A DNA stretch of 64,000 nucleotides. It comes from Orbicella franksi (taxonomy: Eukaryota). Below are positions 26,090-39,234 of this stretch, one piece after another (positions within the stretch are counted from its first letter, which is position 1; every line of letters begins with the position of its first letter). A program made the position numbers and the translations under genes. Below the pieces are notes generated by a model that was not told the origin of the DNA, made no database searches, and saw nothing but the letters and a program-made list of their open reading frames with translations. The stretch is taken from NCBI GenBank assembly GCA_964199315.1, contig OZ116707.1:17546001-17610000 (forward strand), written 5' to 3'.

Positions 26090-26317
26090 GGGCCCATTTC
26101 TCGAAAGCCCCGGAAACTTTTCGGGCCCGTAAAGCCATTTTTAGTTCATCTGTTTCTTAAAACGGAGAAGTGTAAACGCCTGAAACTTTTTGTATGAAGA
26201 GAACCTCTGTTTATGTTAAGAATATGTGAATAAAACAGCTCTGTAATCGTAAGGTTCGAGATTTTGCTATGGCTTTCAAGGCCCGAAAGGTTTCCAGGAC
26301 TTTCGAGAAACGAGCCC
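26090..26317. mobile_element. Harbinger-type MITE, same family as 8789-9016, opposite orientation
   Basis: gggcccatttctcgaaag...ctttcgagaaacgagccc with CTG/CAG flanks, inserted in the LINE. Confidence 0.85.
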
Positions 26318-26919
26318 CAGGTCCTTTGATATTTGTAAACATTGTTTTGCAATACTGTTTTCTGGTTGATTTTCTAGATGTATCCAAAATTTAATAATAG
26401 TTATGTCGGTTATTTCTTCTGGAGGCAACTGCCCAAGTTCATTTCTACAGGATGCTTTTGAACATTGCTTATTAACACCTCGAACTTGTTTACAGGAATA
26501 TGGATGTGTTTTTTCAATTATGTATCTCTCCCACGAGTTGTTATTATCTTTGTCGTAAATGCTCCAAACCTCAGAGCCATACACAAGGATTGGAAGATAT
26601 AAAGAATTAAATATTTTTTTTAATAATATCGACCGGCAATATAAGAAAATCAAGGTAACGAAGAGTTGCAAAAATTGATCTCCTGGATTTCTCCTTTAAG
26701 ATTACTTTGTTCTCTTTAAAACTACTTTTTGTTGAAAACCGGAGTCGGAGATGAGTGTAACTATCGGTAATTTTAATTTTATCATGATCTTCATTAATGT
26801 AAAAAAAAATGTTTAGCGAGAATCGATTTTCTATGTTTCTTTTGGAAAATAACAGATTTTGTTGTTTTTCATGTTAATTTTTATCCAGTCGTGACAAGAT
26901 TTAGAGAGTGTGGACAATG

Positions 26920-27142
26920 TAGACTACGAGTAGTCCCTCTTTCGCTTAGTCCGTCGTGCGTGACGCGAAAGAAAATTGGGAGAGAAAAAAATAGCCGAGC
27001 GAAATCCTGGGAGCGAGGAGCGCGCGAAAGGAGCACGCGCGCGCTCCTCACCCCTAGGATTTCGCGTGGCTATTTTTTTCTCCCAGTTTTCTTTCGCGTC
27101 ACGCACGACGCACTAAGCGAAAGAGGGACTACTCGTAGTCCA
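26920..27142. mobile_element. hAT-type MITE with an 8-bp TSD
   Basis: TIRs tagactacgagtagtccctctttcgcttagt / actaagcgaaagagggactactcgtagtcca. TSD ggacaatg at 26912-26919 and 27143-27150. Confidence 0.85.
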
Positions 27143-29087
27143 GGACAATGCATTTTGTACCCCAGTAGCTAAGTGAAATATAAGTATTAAATCACATATC
27201 TGCATATAATAAACAATTTAAAGAAGAACCATTTGGTAATACTATAGGATCATTGTCTTGTTTATCAAGAAGAAAAGGCATTTCATTCAAATAAAGAATG
27301 AAAAGCGTGGGAGACAGGATGCAGCCTTGTCTGACACCATTTCCATAGTCCATAGTTGCTCCTTCGGTCACCATGTTGAATAGAGCATTTTGTTTTTGAA
27401 TAAAGAGTTTTAATCAGGTCATAAAATTTTCCTGCGATTTGGTATTTGTGCAATTTGTAGAGTAGACGGACGTGCCATATTGAAACAAATGCCTTTCTAA
27501 GGTCCACGAAACATGTATGAAGCTTGCCATTGGTTGTATGAGTGACGTATTTGTCAATCAAAGTTCTGACGGTGGAGATATGATCAGTTGCGCGATGATT
27601 AAAAATGAAGCCAATTTGCCCATGGTGTAAAACATGTTGATCGCGTACATAATTTTTCAGTCTGTTGTCGAGTACTGCGGAGAAGAGTTTTCCGAGGTAA
27701 CTGTTTATGCAGATTCCCCTATAATCTGAGAGATCTTGTTTGTCTCCTGATTTGAATATGAGAGTTATAATACCCTTGCACCAGCCACTGGGGAAGAAAC
27801 CGCCAGCAAGAATAAGGTTAAGAGTGCCTGCCTGTAAAAATCAGACAAATTCTTAATTTCGCGGCAAGGGTCGAAAATTCGATTTCGCTCATATTCCTAT
27901 GGTAGATAGGCTAGGATATGACAAAAACTACTGGATAGTGTTTTTGGCAAAATATCCTTTTATTTCAAAGAAATATGCAAATTACCAAATTCCGTTAAAA
28001 TCGTCATTTGACGCACCATTTTATTAAACAAGTTTGAGAGCCTCGCATGCAAAAACCACATCATTCTTCCGTCTTTAAAACACTCAAATATTTTTGTGCA
28101 ATGTTTAATTGTGTACTGGGTTGATTTTAGGGAATGTTGCAGTTGTTTTTGGGTGCAAAATAATTAAATTTCGAAGAAATGTATTTCATTCACTTGAAAG
28201 TACGTCGTAAAAATAATTGATTTTCACCATGTGCGAAACCTTCAAATGGATTAAGCTTCTGGTGGTTGAATCGCAGAAGGATGGTCTACAGATTCCTGTA
28301 AAAATGTCTTTGGGCAAATGATTGTGAGCGACGCGAGAGCTTTTCAAAGTACGTTAAAAATGCAGATATTTGACCGTCCGTCGTCAAATTTCAATTTACG
28401 GGTTAGACTTATATTTTAGCACGCGCCACATGTCTTGAGCTATATGAAGTTGAAATAGACACAGAGCTGATAATTTCGAAATGTTCTAACCTTATTTGCG
28501 GTAAAAAGCGGGTCCAAACGCCGATTTGACGTGTTTCCGTCACCATTCGTCGCACATAAAGCAGAAGTTTGCTTTTGTTTACACAACGTCCGATGTACAT
28601 CGCCAACTGTCAACTTATTTAATGGTCGAATACCATGAATCTATGACCCTCTTTCGACACATATGATCACCACTGCATCTAAGTCAAACACGGCTAAGTG
28701 ATTTGTAGATAGTTGCTTGCTTTGCACTCCACCAAAACATTACGTTTGATCATCGTTTGATCTATTGCTGCTTGAATCCTTGCTTGCAGCGGTTCGTTGT
28801 TTGTTCGTCACGCAATGCTGTCATCCCATTTTAGGGGTTAGGGGTAGGACAATTTCTATCCTAATACGTAAGGGTCCGAAAGGCTTGGAACCACAGGGGG
28901 GCACACAATCTCGTTGAGTAGGAAGAGATTAAATTAAGCAATGAAAAGAATGAATAGTTAACCATTGCCCGTGTTGTCATCTGTTACTAGACAACCGCTA
29001 CCTACACGCCCTGCGTAAATACTGTAACGCTAAACTCGTACCTAGGTCTTTTCGCGCTGTGCAATTATTTTTGGTTTACATGTAATA

Positions 29088-29527
29088 CAGTGGGCTACCC
29101 TCGGGGAAATTGGAGGTGGCCGCTTAATAGGGGCTGGCCACTTAATAGAGGTTGGTGTACCTTGAATATTTTTTCACCATCTGGTTATAAATTTCTTAGT
29201 GAACATGGACTCAATTCAAGACAATCATCATAGACGTCATTCTCGGAGACCCGGGGGCAGTTATTGGGAGCGGGGAAAAGTCTAAACGGGTGAGAAAAAA
29301 GTTCGGGCGAAGACCCTTTTAGACTTTTTCCCCGCCCCCACTAACTGCCCCAGAGTCTCCGAGAATGACGTCTATCATGATTGTCTTGAATTGACTCCAC
29401 GTTTACTAAGAAATTTAGTTAAATTTATAACCCGATAGGGAAAAAGTATTCAAGGTACACAAACCTCTATTAAGCTGCCAACCCCTATTAAGCGGCCACC
29501 TCCCATTTCCCCGAGGATAGCCCACTG
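29088..29527. mobile_element. Palindromic TIR element with a nested internal palindrome
   Basis: cagtgggctaccctcggggaaattggaggtggccgcttaatagggg / cccctattaagcggccacctcccatttccccgaggatagcccactg. Confidence 0.75.
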
Positions 29528-30429
29528 TCCATATTTATGGACAGGGACTCTTAAAGAGTTTGCAAATTGCAGTTTTTAAGTGAGGCGACTGACCCGTTTT
29601 AAGCTTTTCGTTTCGTATTCTATCGGGGCCGAGGGCCTTCTCAGACTTAAGTAGTTTTAGAGTGGTTTCAATTTCATGTAAAGAAAAAGGTTTGTCCAAA
29701 AAGTTGTAAGTGTCTTTCTGTTGGTCTAGGGCTAATTTGTTTTTTATAACAGATATATGGAATGAAGACAAGGAAGAGGGTTTTGGCTTCCAGTGTAAGT
29801 TCTTGAAATGATCGTAAAGTTTATCGATGGGCTCTTCAAGCTCATTGGAGTTATAACTCTGACCATCTCCGTTTATTGATTTCAGGCAACTCCAAAATTT
29901 TTTATTTCTTTTGTGTTTTACTAGGTTATCGATATCTGAGTTAAGTAGTTTAGTTTTCTTAAATTTGTTGAGCTTTTTCAAATTTTTACGGGCTTTATGG
30001 TATTCTTGTCTTAGGTTTTCATCGTAAGGGTTTTTATGCTTTTTGTTAGATAGTTCAGTTAGAGTCCTTCTCAAAACGAAACATTCTTTATCAAACCATA
30101 TTTTAGAATGTTTTTTGTGAGTCTTTTTCGGGCAGTTCAGTGGTTTGAGCGAACAGAGAGATATTTGATTTCGTAATTCGGTAAATTGTTCAGTTGTAAG
30201 ATCAATTCCCTTACTGGTAGAGTCAAAAAAAAATTAAAAAATTGAGCAGCTACTTCCTTCAAACTTGGTTAATACAATTTTCTACCTAGCATTTTAACGT
30301 TGCGATTCCCAAATTGTGTAAAATTCAATTTTGGAAAAAGTTATTTGCCGTCGGATTCCCATACAAACATTGTAATTTCTGGCCGCTTTGCCTACTCAAC
30401 AAGATGGCGTCGAAAACCGTGATAAGGAG

Positions 30430-32392
30430 TGTTCGTATACAACGAGATAAGGACAGATAAGGCCAAACACACAGAACGTTTGATTCTAATGAAATATATA
30501 TCATTTTGAACAGCAATAAACAATCATGGCTCAGCTTAGTTCATACGAAGCTTTCTTGAGTGCAGCCATTTGGCCCGGTAGTAGTACTAATGTGACTATC
30601 GCTCGCGGTATATGCATAAATCGTTCAACTGTTCTGTACAAATAACAAAAATCTTGGAACGAACTTTAATAATTGAACACTTTATCTTCGAACGAGGCTG
30701 CTCAAACAGTGAAAAAAATGTTAAAATGGGAAGGAAACAACAGGCTTATTCTCACGCAGTTAAGAGTACGTGAACCAAGACAGTTACTTTCCCGTAGAAG
30801 AAAGCAAAGCTACGCCGTTATAATCCTCACTCATGCCGCCTTGCTACATCCTAGCCGTGCGATATCTCTAAATGCTAAACAACACTAGTAACAACAAATG
30901 TTAATGGAAGCAACCAGCCGCCCTCTCACAGGAACAACTTTTTAGGCTTTAGGTTTACCGAGAATGGATCTCGGAGATGCATCAATTTATCAGTCAATTA
31001 AAAAGTGCCCTATGAAGTAAAACAGCGAAGTAAAACTCTTCCAAGCAAGTTCAGTGAAGAAATTCATAACCGGCATACATTTAATTTGTCTACTTTATTG
31101 AACATAAGAGCATTATGTGATTGAAACAGCTCATTTAGAACTGAAACGTTCTTGACTTGGCAAGAGCCTCAATCAGTCAAAAGGCACCAAAGGAGCGGTT
31201 TTCGTCATTCCAGTCTTGATTGCAGTTACTTCCAGGGTTGGTCCTTGGTATGGCAAACTCTGATACACAAGCATGTGGACATAAGAAGTACTAGTACTGC
31301 CAACACAAACCTAGGAATAACATGATCCAGAATTGAGAAAAGGAAGGAGCAAGTGATTTCTATAACAGATATTAAAAAAATATATTCAATCTATATTTCT
31401 ACATCACAAGTTCCTCGACGGAGCTCATGCAGTCACAGTATTTTGAGTCATTTTGGCCACGTACAATATTACCTTTAAATTGAAGGAAACCTGAAGCTGC
31501 TAGGTTACTAAGACAGAAAAACACCAAAGAGATAATAATAGACCATAGAAGAACAAGGATGGATAGACGATTAAAACGGATTACAAACGAAGACCTTGAA
31601 AAATTTAGGTCGAACGTTTCAAGATGCGCATTCCGTGAAGCAGCTTCTTTAAAGCTGCCTAAAAATGATAATGGCACAATCACGTGGTTGTGGGGAAAAG
31701 CGGTCAGTAATGAGACTAATGACGCTCAAGTTTATGAACTGTGAATTGAAGTCGCTATGAGAGGAGAGCAATACTCTTGCAAGTCCTTTGGCTGTCAGCC
31801 CCTTGACTGGTGATTTTTTTCTTTGAAACACCTGGCTTTTATCCTGCCTGTCTTTGCCCGGCTGTGCAATATTGCCCGTACCGCAAATAGCTGGGAAAAC
31901 CGCATGGGAGTAGTTTCAACCGAGGACAGATGACAAGATGATTGAACTAACGTTTACGAAAGTTGGAACATTTTTAACAGGGTGCATGTGGAGTACCATG
32001 CAAGCAACAATGTCAGTGCCACTCCAGCTTTTATTCTCAGTGTCAGTCTTTTCGAAAGAGTTTTGATTGTCATTGTGAAACATAAATTAGCAAACCTTAA
32101 TTAAGTAATTCATTCCCGCTACAACTTGTTGTCTGTAACTTATGGCTTGGAACTGATCGAAAGTTTGCTCAGCTTTTTCCTCTGCTTGGTTCTTCACCTG
32201 TGGGAAAAAGAGAAGTCGTCAGTCGTTATCATAAAATTTCTGTTTTATTGCTGATACAGTACTGACCAATTGAACATATAACTAACCACGAACTTAACTA
32301 GTTTCAAAATTTGACACCGAGCAGTATAAGAAACCAATGGAGTGGGAACTGAACCGGGGCGGGGGGGGGGGGATACTGCCATATATGGACTG

Positions 32393-32431
<39 letters not shown>

Positions 32432-32444
32432 AGTTTACTCTAGG

Positions 32445-32476
<32 letters not shown>

Positions 32477-34020
32477 AAATAGGGTATCATTTTTCACGAA
32501 ATTGACCAGTTTGTTGAAGATTCTATCTAAACTAAGGAAACCAGGAATTGCCACTCAAAAATATAAAAAAGTGAAATCGGCAAGTTTAAATTTTTGTAAC
32601 TCAGCTTCAACATCGCTGATAGATGACTATCATAAAACACTACTGGATATTATTAACTGTCAAAAATCGGGATTCAGACTGAAATCGGTGGTTTTAATAC
32701 TGGTTACTCTAGTATAGGGTAGCAAAATTCAGCCGAACTAGCTCTAGTATAGGCAAAGGGTTCCAAGGTCCTAGCGGCACATCCCCACCCAGAAATTCCT
32801 AAAGTAACCCCCCCGGGGCCCGGGGGGAACTGAGCATTCATATAAATGCGGAAATTATGACTGCTCGGCCTACTTTGTTACTGGAGACAGATTCCTGTTA
32901 CTTTGTACCTACAGAGTAAACTTCAACTTTAAAACTGAGTTGCATTGTGTGATTGAAGGGTTATGTCACTAAGAGCTTTATCAGACAGCAATCTGCTTGG
33001 AGGTTTGAAAAGAAGGGCTTTGCCACAAACATCAACTGTCTAGCAGCAAATGCTTATGGAGCGTAGAAGTCGGACAACGCGCGCACAATGCTAAAGAAAT
33101 AATGTTAACGAAAGCTGACGATACCTTGTCGCAGATTTGCTGCACTTCTTCAGTGGCCTCTTTCACCTCGCTAAATCCACCGTCCTTCCGTGATGCCTCC
33201 ATTATGAGGTAAACCTATCTTCGTAGTTACTTGCAGAAAGTGCCGTTTAACAGCAGGATTAAATATGAAAATAAACATATGCCTCTTTGTGACGCGAAGG
33301 CGTAATAACAGCTGATTGGTTAGAGAATCAAAGTAATTGATTTCTCAGAAAATGATTTTGCACACAGGAAGTAGGAAACTTTACGAGAACACATTATCAT
33401 TAGAATAGACAATCTATTCTAGGTTTATTTTGCTTTGGCTTATAGCCAACGGTCATGAAATTAACTGACAGCAATTATTTTTCCTTTGTCAAGGACTTTA
33501 TTTAATTGATATCCGACCACCGGTTTAGTTACCTCGAGAATTAATTTTTGCCTGGTTTCTGGTTAAAACGAAAACAGAACACTTAGAACGTAGACAGCCG
33601 GCGCCTGGAAACAAAACAGACTTTTCAGCTGGGTACATGATCGATTTAGCGATCTTTTAAAGTGCTGTCGTAAAGATTTCAAACACTTGAAAGTGATCAA
33701 AGGTTAACAGACAAGCACTAATGGAGTGCTGATATCAAATTGAATGAGTCTGTGAAATAGCCCGTGAAATGTGAACCAGGATTACATTAACGCTACGCTG
33801 GATTCTGCATGCCATGTTTTGTTTTCACATGTTTTGTACCAAAAAGTTTATTTACGCAGCAGGTTCAGAGATGCATGTGTAGAAATCTTAACTACACATT
33901 TAAAATGCTGTTCAGTTCTTGCTCTGGCAGTTATGTACAATTAAATATTTCCTGAACGTGGGAGTGACAAAAAAGGAAGCCTAATAAACGGGAATATTTC
34001 ATTAACAGATATCCCTTGCA
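30430..34020. repeat. Older, diverged paralog of the cystatin-bearing segment ~12875-17560
   Basis: Colinear similarity in introns and flanks with many substitutions. It lacks the insertions at 14458-15865, ~16720-17090 and 17223-17423. Confidence 0.85.
31173..33202 (-). CDS. CSTB: Type-1 cystatin (stefin), copy 3; exons 33202-33125, 32197-32096, 31310-31173; 105 aa
   Basis: [26 protein letters not shown]|[34 protein letters not shown]|[49 protein letters not shown] introns, open frame. Confidence 0.92.
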
Positions 34021-34599
34021 GGTACGATATTAGACTGTCTGTTCCGGAGTGTGGTTTTGTTCAACACAGGAAGTCATTCCTTGATATCAATGTGTAAGAC
34101 AAATATAGGTTAGATGATTCTTATACAATCACGATGTCAATCCAGTTTCGTTTTGCGTTGCTTTTTGATCAAGCAGTCATGCAAAAGTGTATCCCAGAAT
34201 GAACCTAGAACAGGTATTCTTTTTCCGTTCTCGAGGTCTCTTGATCAATAACTGGTAATTTATTCACTAATTCCTTTAAGACTTGGCACACAGTGATGCA
34301 GTTTAACGCAAGAATAAACGTTTTCCTGATAGAGAACCGGCGTCAAGAAACAAAATATACCTTTTAACTGCTTTGTGCTGAAAAACGTATGCTGCGTTGG
34401 GTGAACGAGATCACAAACATGACGAACATCTTATACCCCATTCACACCAATTAAACTAGTTTAACTAAATTACGTTTAGGTTTTTCCAATTTGTCAATTA
34501 CGCTTTGCAGTCATTTCGAGAAGACAAAATTTCAGGTTTATCGATAGCAGAGTTATGACACTAGACAAAGGATTGTCTAGTATTAGGATTGGTTAACTC

Positions 34600-34720
34600 T
34601 ATGTGCATTTACAAGTGAATATATGTAATATCATATATTTGAACTGCGGAGAAAGACATGAAGACATAATTGATCATCGCAGTTATGCACACAGTTATAC
34701 ACACACCGCTTTAAGTCCTT
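34600..34720. repeat. Dispersed repeat family member (also at ~45725-45840 and ~55280-55410)
   Basis: Shared core tatatttgaactgcgg...gatcatcgcagt or its reverse complement. Confidence 0.6.
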
Positions 34721-35399
34721 TAAAAGTTGTGCGTATAACTGCGATGACCAATCATGTCTTCATATCTACGTGCATTTATTGGTAAGTAAATAACTAATAT
34801 CTATTTTCAGAATAGCTTTACAAATATTATATGCATGTGCATTAGAAAACGATGCATGTGAATGAGGCACTCAAAGCGAACACTGTTGCTTTGACCTCGA
34901 TATTATGCTAAGCAGACCAATTCTTCTTAAACATGTCACTTAACGTGTACCATACTACTAAATAAGATAATCGCATGTTTATTTTGCCAAACATGGGGTT
35001 TTTATAATTCCTTTTCTTTATTAATTGTTGTGACTATTATTGGCAGTTGAAGAGGAACAAATTTACGCAAATGGATCAGATAATTAATTGAATTAAAATC
35101 ATGTGCTTTGTCAAGGAAGTTAAGGAAGTTTAAGGTTTCGTGCAGACTGCATGCTATCTTTCTGACATAAAAGGAAGAATTTGGTCACAGGAAACCAATA
35201 ATGTATTACTGATCTCCTCTCCCTTAACATTGTCTACTGGATTATCATCTCATCTGGCTCAAGTCCTAGGGAAGAAACCAAACAAAACAGGACATCATAG
35301 CAACGCAGGAACTTAAAACCTACGTTATAATCTCATGCATCGCTTCCAAAGCAGATGCACAGGACAATTTATTTGACCATGAAAACCCAAAATACGCTT

Positions 35400-35664
35400 A
35401 ATAATATATCTTGACCACTCCCCCAATGGGGCTTTTCAGGGCCAATGAAACTAAATGTTGAAACAGATAATGCAAGTGAACATAACATGGTTAAAAATCC
35501 CAACTGGCAGGAGGCAGACCAGTTGACTATGTACAAGCATGACAGAGGAGTTGAACTAGGGTCTACCGAGAAACTACTCCAGCTTAGTGGTCAGAGTGGG
35601 ACTTGAACCTGCGACCTCCAGATTTAAATTCCGGCGCCCTAACCACTCGGCCACGCTGCCTCCT
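35400..35664 (-). mobile_element. tRNA-derived SINE
   Basis: The minus-strand head aggaggcagcgtggccgagtggttagggcg...ggttcaagtccc has Pol III A and B boxes. It is followed by a non-tRNA body and tail. Confidence 0.8.
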
Positions 35665-36113
35665 GCTGCTTGATCTATTCCTCTTCATTCTTCTGGTATG
35701 TGTGCTGAGAACTTACGCTTCATCCTGTGAACTAAAACTTAGTTTCAAAGTAACTTATGGATACAACTGATTCACAGCAAAACTGGACCTTTTTTTATGA
35801 CTGAGTGAGTTGCAGCAGTCCTCTTAATTTTCTATGTCAGACTAAGTCAATGCGTTAAGAATAACTTCAAAAAGGCAAAAAGGTATTCAAGTACAAAATT
35901 TTCTAAACAATCAACCCTTAACTTGTTTCAAGTTAAAACCATACATATTAAAAACTGATAAGCTGCGCTAAAAAGTCGTTGAACAGCGTAACGGCATGAA
36001 AATACAGTTTATCTTTAAGCCACTGCAGTGAAAGTAACTAGTCATTTTCATCAAAACTGCAGTTGTTGATGATTTAATTTGTTGAACTTTAAAAGGCTCA
36101 AAACACCTAAGGG

Positions 36114-37797
36114 TTAGAAAGTGCCCCTTGAAGAGTCTATGGAGTCGCTTCTTGCTGAAGGCACCTTGAAATCAGAGCGCATCTGAAACAAGCCAAGAAC
36201 ACATGCATATTTGTACACTTTCAGAAAAGAGCTGACATTAATAATTTGTCAACATTAACCACGATTCAACTGAAAAACAAAACAGCTCGCGTTCACAGAG
36301 AAAGCACTAAGAGCCACCTTTGTTGAAGATAACACTCTGTCGCAAATGAACAGTAACCTGGTAGGTACAAAAGTAAAATTATGATTTGCAACAAAACCAC
36401 AGGTCAGAAATTATAAAACGATTTCTAAAGCTTTCACTGTCATTACAAGAGTTTGGTCAGCAGAAATGAATGAATGTTTTTTGGGGGAGATCGCCACCCC
36501 CATTTGGAATTCAAAACGAGTTCAGTTACAAACAAATGGACATTCCAGTGCTAAGAATGAACCTTATTTTTTACAGGATTATTACAGTTGCTACCTTAAA
36601 TGCTGGGACGCCAGACCAGACACGAGCGGTGTACAGGCTTGATATTCTGAATGGGTTTTCTCGCGCAAGAGGAAAGCTCTGTCAGTCTGAAAGTTGATTA
36701 CCACTGGACGAAAGAGGATTGCTGCTGGACTTGGCAAGCTGAAAATAAACTGAAAGAGAGTAAGGACAACTAAGGGACTCGCTGGACAAAAGGCACACAT
36801 GACAAAACTTGCGGCTGTAGAATCTTAATTTTTCTGCAGTTTGACTTCATGTAACATGCAATCTCTTCAGTTGCCTTATGAGAAACATAGCTCCAGATAT
36901 ATATTTGTTATCAACAAATTTCGCAACACCCTTCCTCGAACCCTCAAAACACCAAAGGAGACCTGATACATGACGTATGTAACCTGTTGGCAAAGGCGGA
37001 AGAAAACAAATCACCCATGCTTCACTTCTAGAGGGGAGAATATCTTGCTTAATGTGATGAGCTAATTTGTTGCATTTAAACCTTTAGATAATAGAACACT
37101 GATGCAGATGTTTCCCAAATAAAACCACTGTGCATGGCATATTAGATCATATTTTGGGAAAGTTTGGAGTGTCAACTGCATTCCATTTTTACAGAGCTAT
37201 TCAACTGCATTGGTTGAAAACATTCTCTGGTGCAGTTTAACTGCAACAGTCTGTTGATGTTTTTGTTTTTTTGCCCTCCCCTACGGGGATATTTCTTCAT
37301 ACAACTATATTGACCCTATGGCTCTCGCCCTGCGGCCTCGGGCCATACTCAAGATGTCGGGCACAGTTTTTCAAGATACGGACCCACCGGCCGACAAATG
37401 ATCATATGTAAGTATTTACTATACGTTGAATAATAAAATGAAGCTCGCTTGCGGTTTTTTTTTTCATTCAGTGAAACGCTCTGATCAGCAGAAAGGAGTT
37501 TGAAAAATGTTGAAAAAACAGGCCAAATGGTTATAACGAAAATCCACAGCATTTTATACGTGATATCAAAACAATAGCCTATGACCTCACTTCCATTAGT
37601 GTATTTCCTCTTCCAAGTTAAGAGATTCCCTTTCAAAAATACGGATTACCGTACTTACGTAACTCAAAAATCCGATCGAGTCCCCTTCCCCGTCGTTGCT
37701 GTCGAAACGCGCAACTTGTGGTCTCCTTTAACAAACAGGATTGGCTCCTGAAGCGAGTTGAATTACTGCAACATTTAACCCTTTTGCCGTCAATCTC
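36114..37797 (-). CDS. Unidentified multi-exon gene, 3' part; exons 37797-37659, 36983-36875, 36738-36595, 36357-36291, 36182-36114
   Basis: Five exons, four with strong polypyrimidine acceptors, join in one open frame of 175 aa (...GLDRIFELRYIRHVSGLLWCFEGSRKGVAKFVDNKYISGAMFLISLPSPAAILFRPVVINFQTDRAFLLREK...DSSRGTF*). The model needs two GC donors. The 5' end and product were not recognised. Confidence 0.45.
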
Positions 37798-39234
37798 CTG
37801 TTAGCGTTTATCCAAAAAAGCTGCGAACTTGGTAAGATGTTCATACAAGGAAGCGTTTTCTAGGCCTGGTTTGAGGGGTTGCCATTTCTACAGAAATAGA
37901 CATGTTTATTTCTTTGTCTTGCTCTTTTATTACAAGCCACCGCTCAGTGTTCAGTGTGACTAGGGTTTGTCAAAAAGTGGTCTTGTTTCTTATTCATAAG
38001 ACCATTTTGAGGTTTCAGTGACGCAGGTGAGCTTGATGCTAAAGCAACCTTTCACACGCCTAGGGAACTCAGAATAATGTAAACATTTTCTTTCAACTCT
38101 TATCTGCAGGCCGAACCGGGTTATTACCCAAACCAGCAGGATCATCTAAAGAGCCCCTTAAAGTGGCAGAAAGCTTTGAATAATACACGCAGCTGATTCC
38201 AGCTTGTTGTAATGGATAGTTCTTTGTTTTGTTTTACGGTAAATTGCTGGTTATGGTTATCTTTACATCGCGAACCAAATAATCGGCATAATTCATGCTT
38301 TATCTTTTGCTAGAATACTAACCAATCGTAATCCACACCAGATAAAAAGCAACAACTTCAGAGCTTCGCCCCCGAATCGCGTCTAAGAGTTCTTCCCATA
38401 AGCAGTATAAGTACATTGATGGCCTGCTTAAGTGATTTGTTACTTAGAAAGATAGACCTACCAACAAAGATGATTTAAGAAAGTGTTAAATAGAAGCTAT
38501 AGCGTTTTTGATGAGTCATTGATTTGCACAAAAACTTTGAAAAAGACATACATTTACAACACGAGAAGTGTAACTTTAGACACGACTCTACGCCACTTAG
38601 CATTTTGAACCTTATGGTGAATTCAAAACACTTTTATTCATATAAGTACTCCTCCCACATTGACTTTCCCAGTGAAGTTAGAAAAACATTTTATAGAGAC
38701 GTTCCGTAATGACAGCCTGTCCTTCAAGGTCTCATTTTTACGCCCAAAATGGATAAAAAGGACTCTTTCATTTATGAATTAGCATATAGAAATTCAGTTT
38801 GGGACACAAAATCCGAATCGCCAAAAATCTTGATTAATATTGCGCAGCAGGTGAAGGCGTCAGGCGCCGGCCCACAAATTGTAAATTACAGTTCTTGCAT
38901 TTCACCACTTTAGTCCATTGATAGTGTGTTAAGTGTTCTTCTATTTAGAAACATAGACCTGTCATGTTTTAAAATAGGTATCTTTTTGAACCACGACGTT
39001 TTAATGTTTTAGAACCAAAAATAACAACTCTGCACTTTGAACATAATGATGTCCTAAAGCGTCTTTATTTTCTGTTTACGCACTTGTTTAATTATCGTGA
39101 CAAGCCGTCATGACGGTATCATTTTCACTGCTCAAATAAAATAAAAAGGTTGAATTCAAGGATTTTCAAAAGAAATTCAGTTTTGGACAGAAAATAGATC
39201 GGTAAAACGGGAGATCGAGCTGAATTCGTCGAGG

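Larger units (their letters stand above)
18379..26102. repeat. Unit 2 of the ~7.7-kb tandem segmental duplication
   Basis: Colinear with 10667-18378. It ends inside the first 13 bp of the MITE at 26090. Confidence 0.97.
25420..30330 (-). mobile_element. Degraded LINE with an (AAC)n tail, interrupted by several nested insertions
   Basis: Fragments read PDRIRNE.LK (29.6 kb), CFVDLRKAF, GVRQGCILSPTLFILYLNE...LLYAD (27.2-27.6 kb) and LPILVYGSEVW...CRNELG (26.4-26.6 kb). The tail caacaacaacaa lies at ~25420, and the 3' part is also duplicated at ~17715-18362. Confidence 0.85.

Noticed and set aside
35560-35664. tRNA-like sequence
   Set aside because: It has A and B boxes but no complete acceptor stem and continues into a SINE body, so it was called a SINE.
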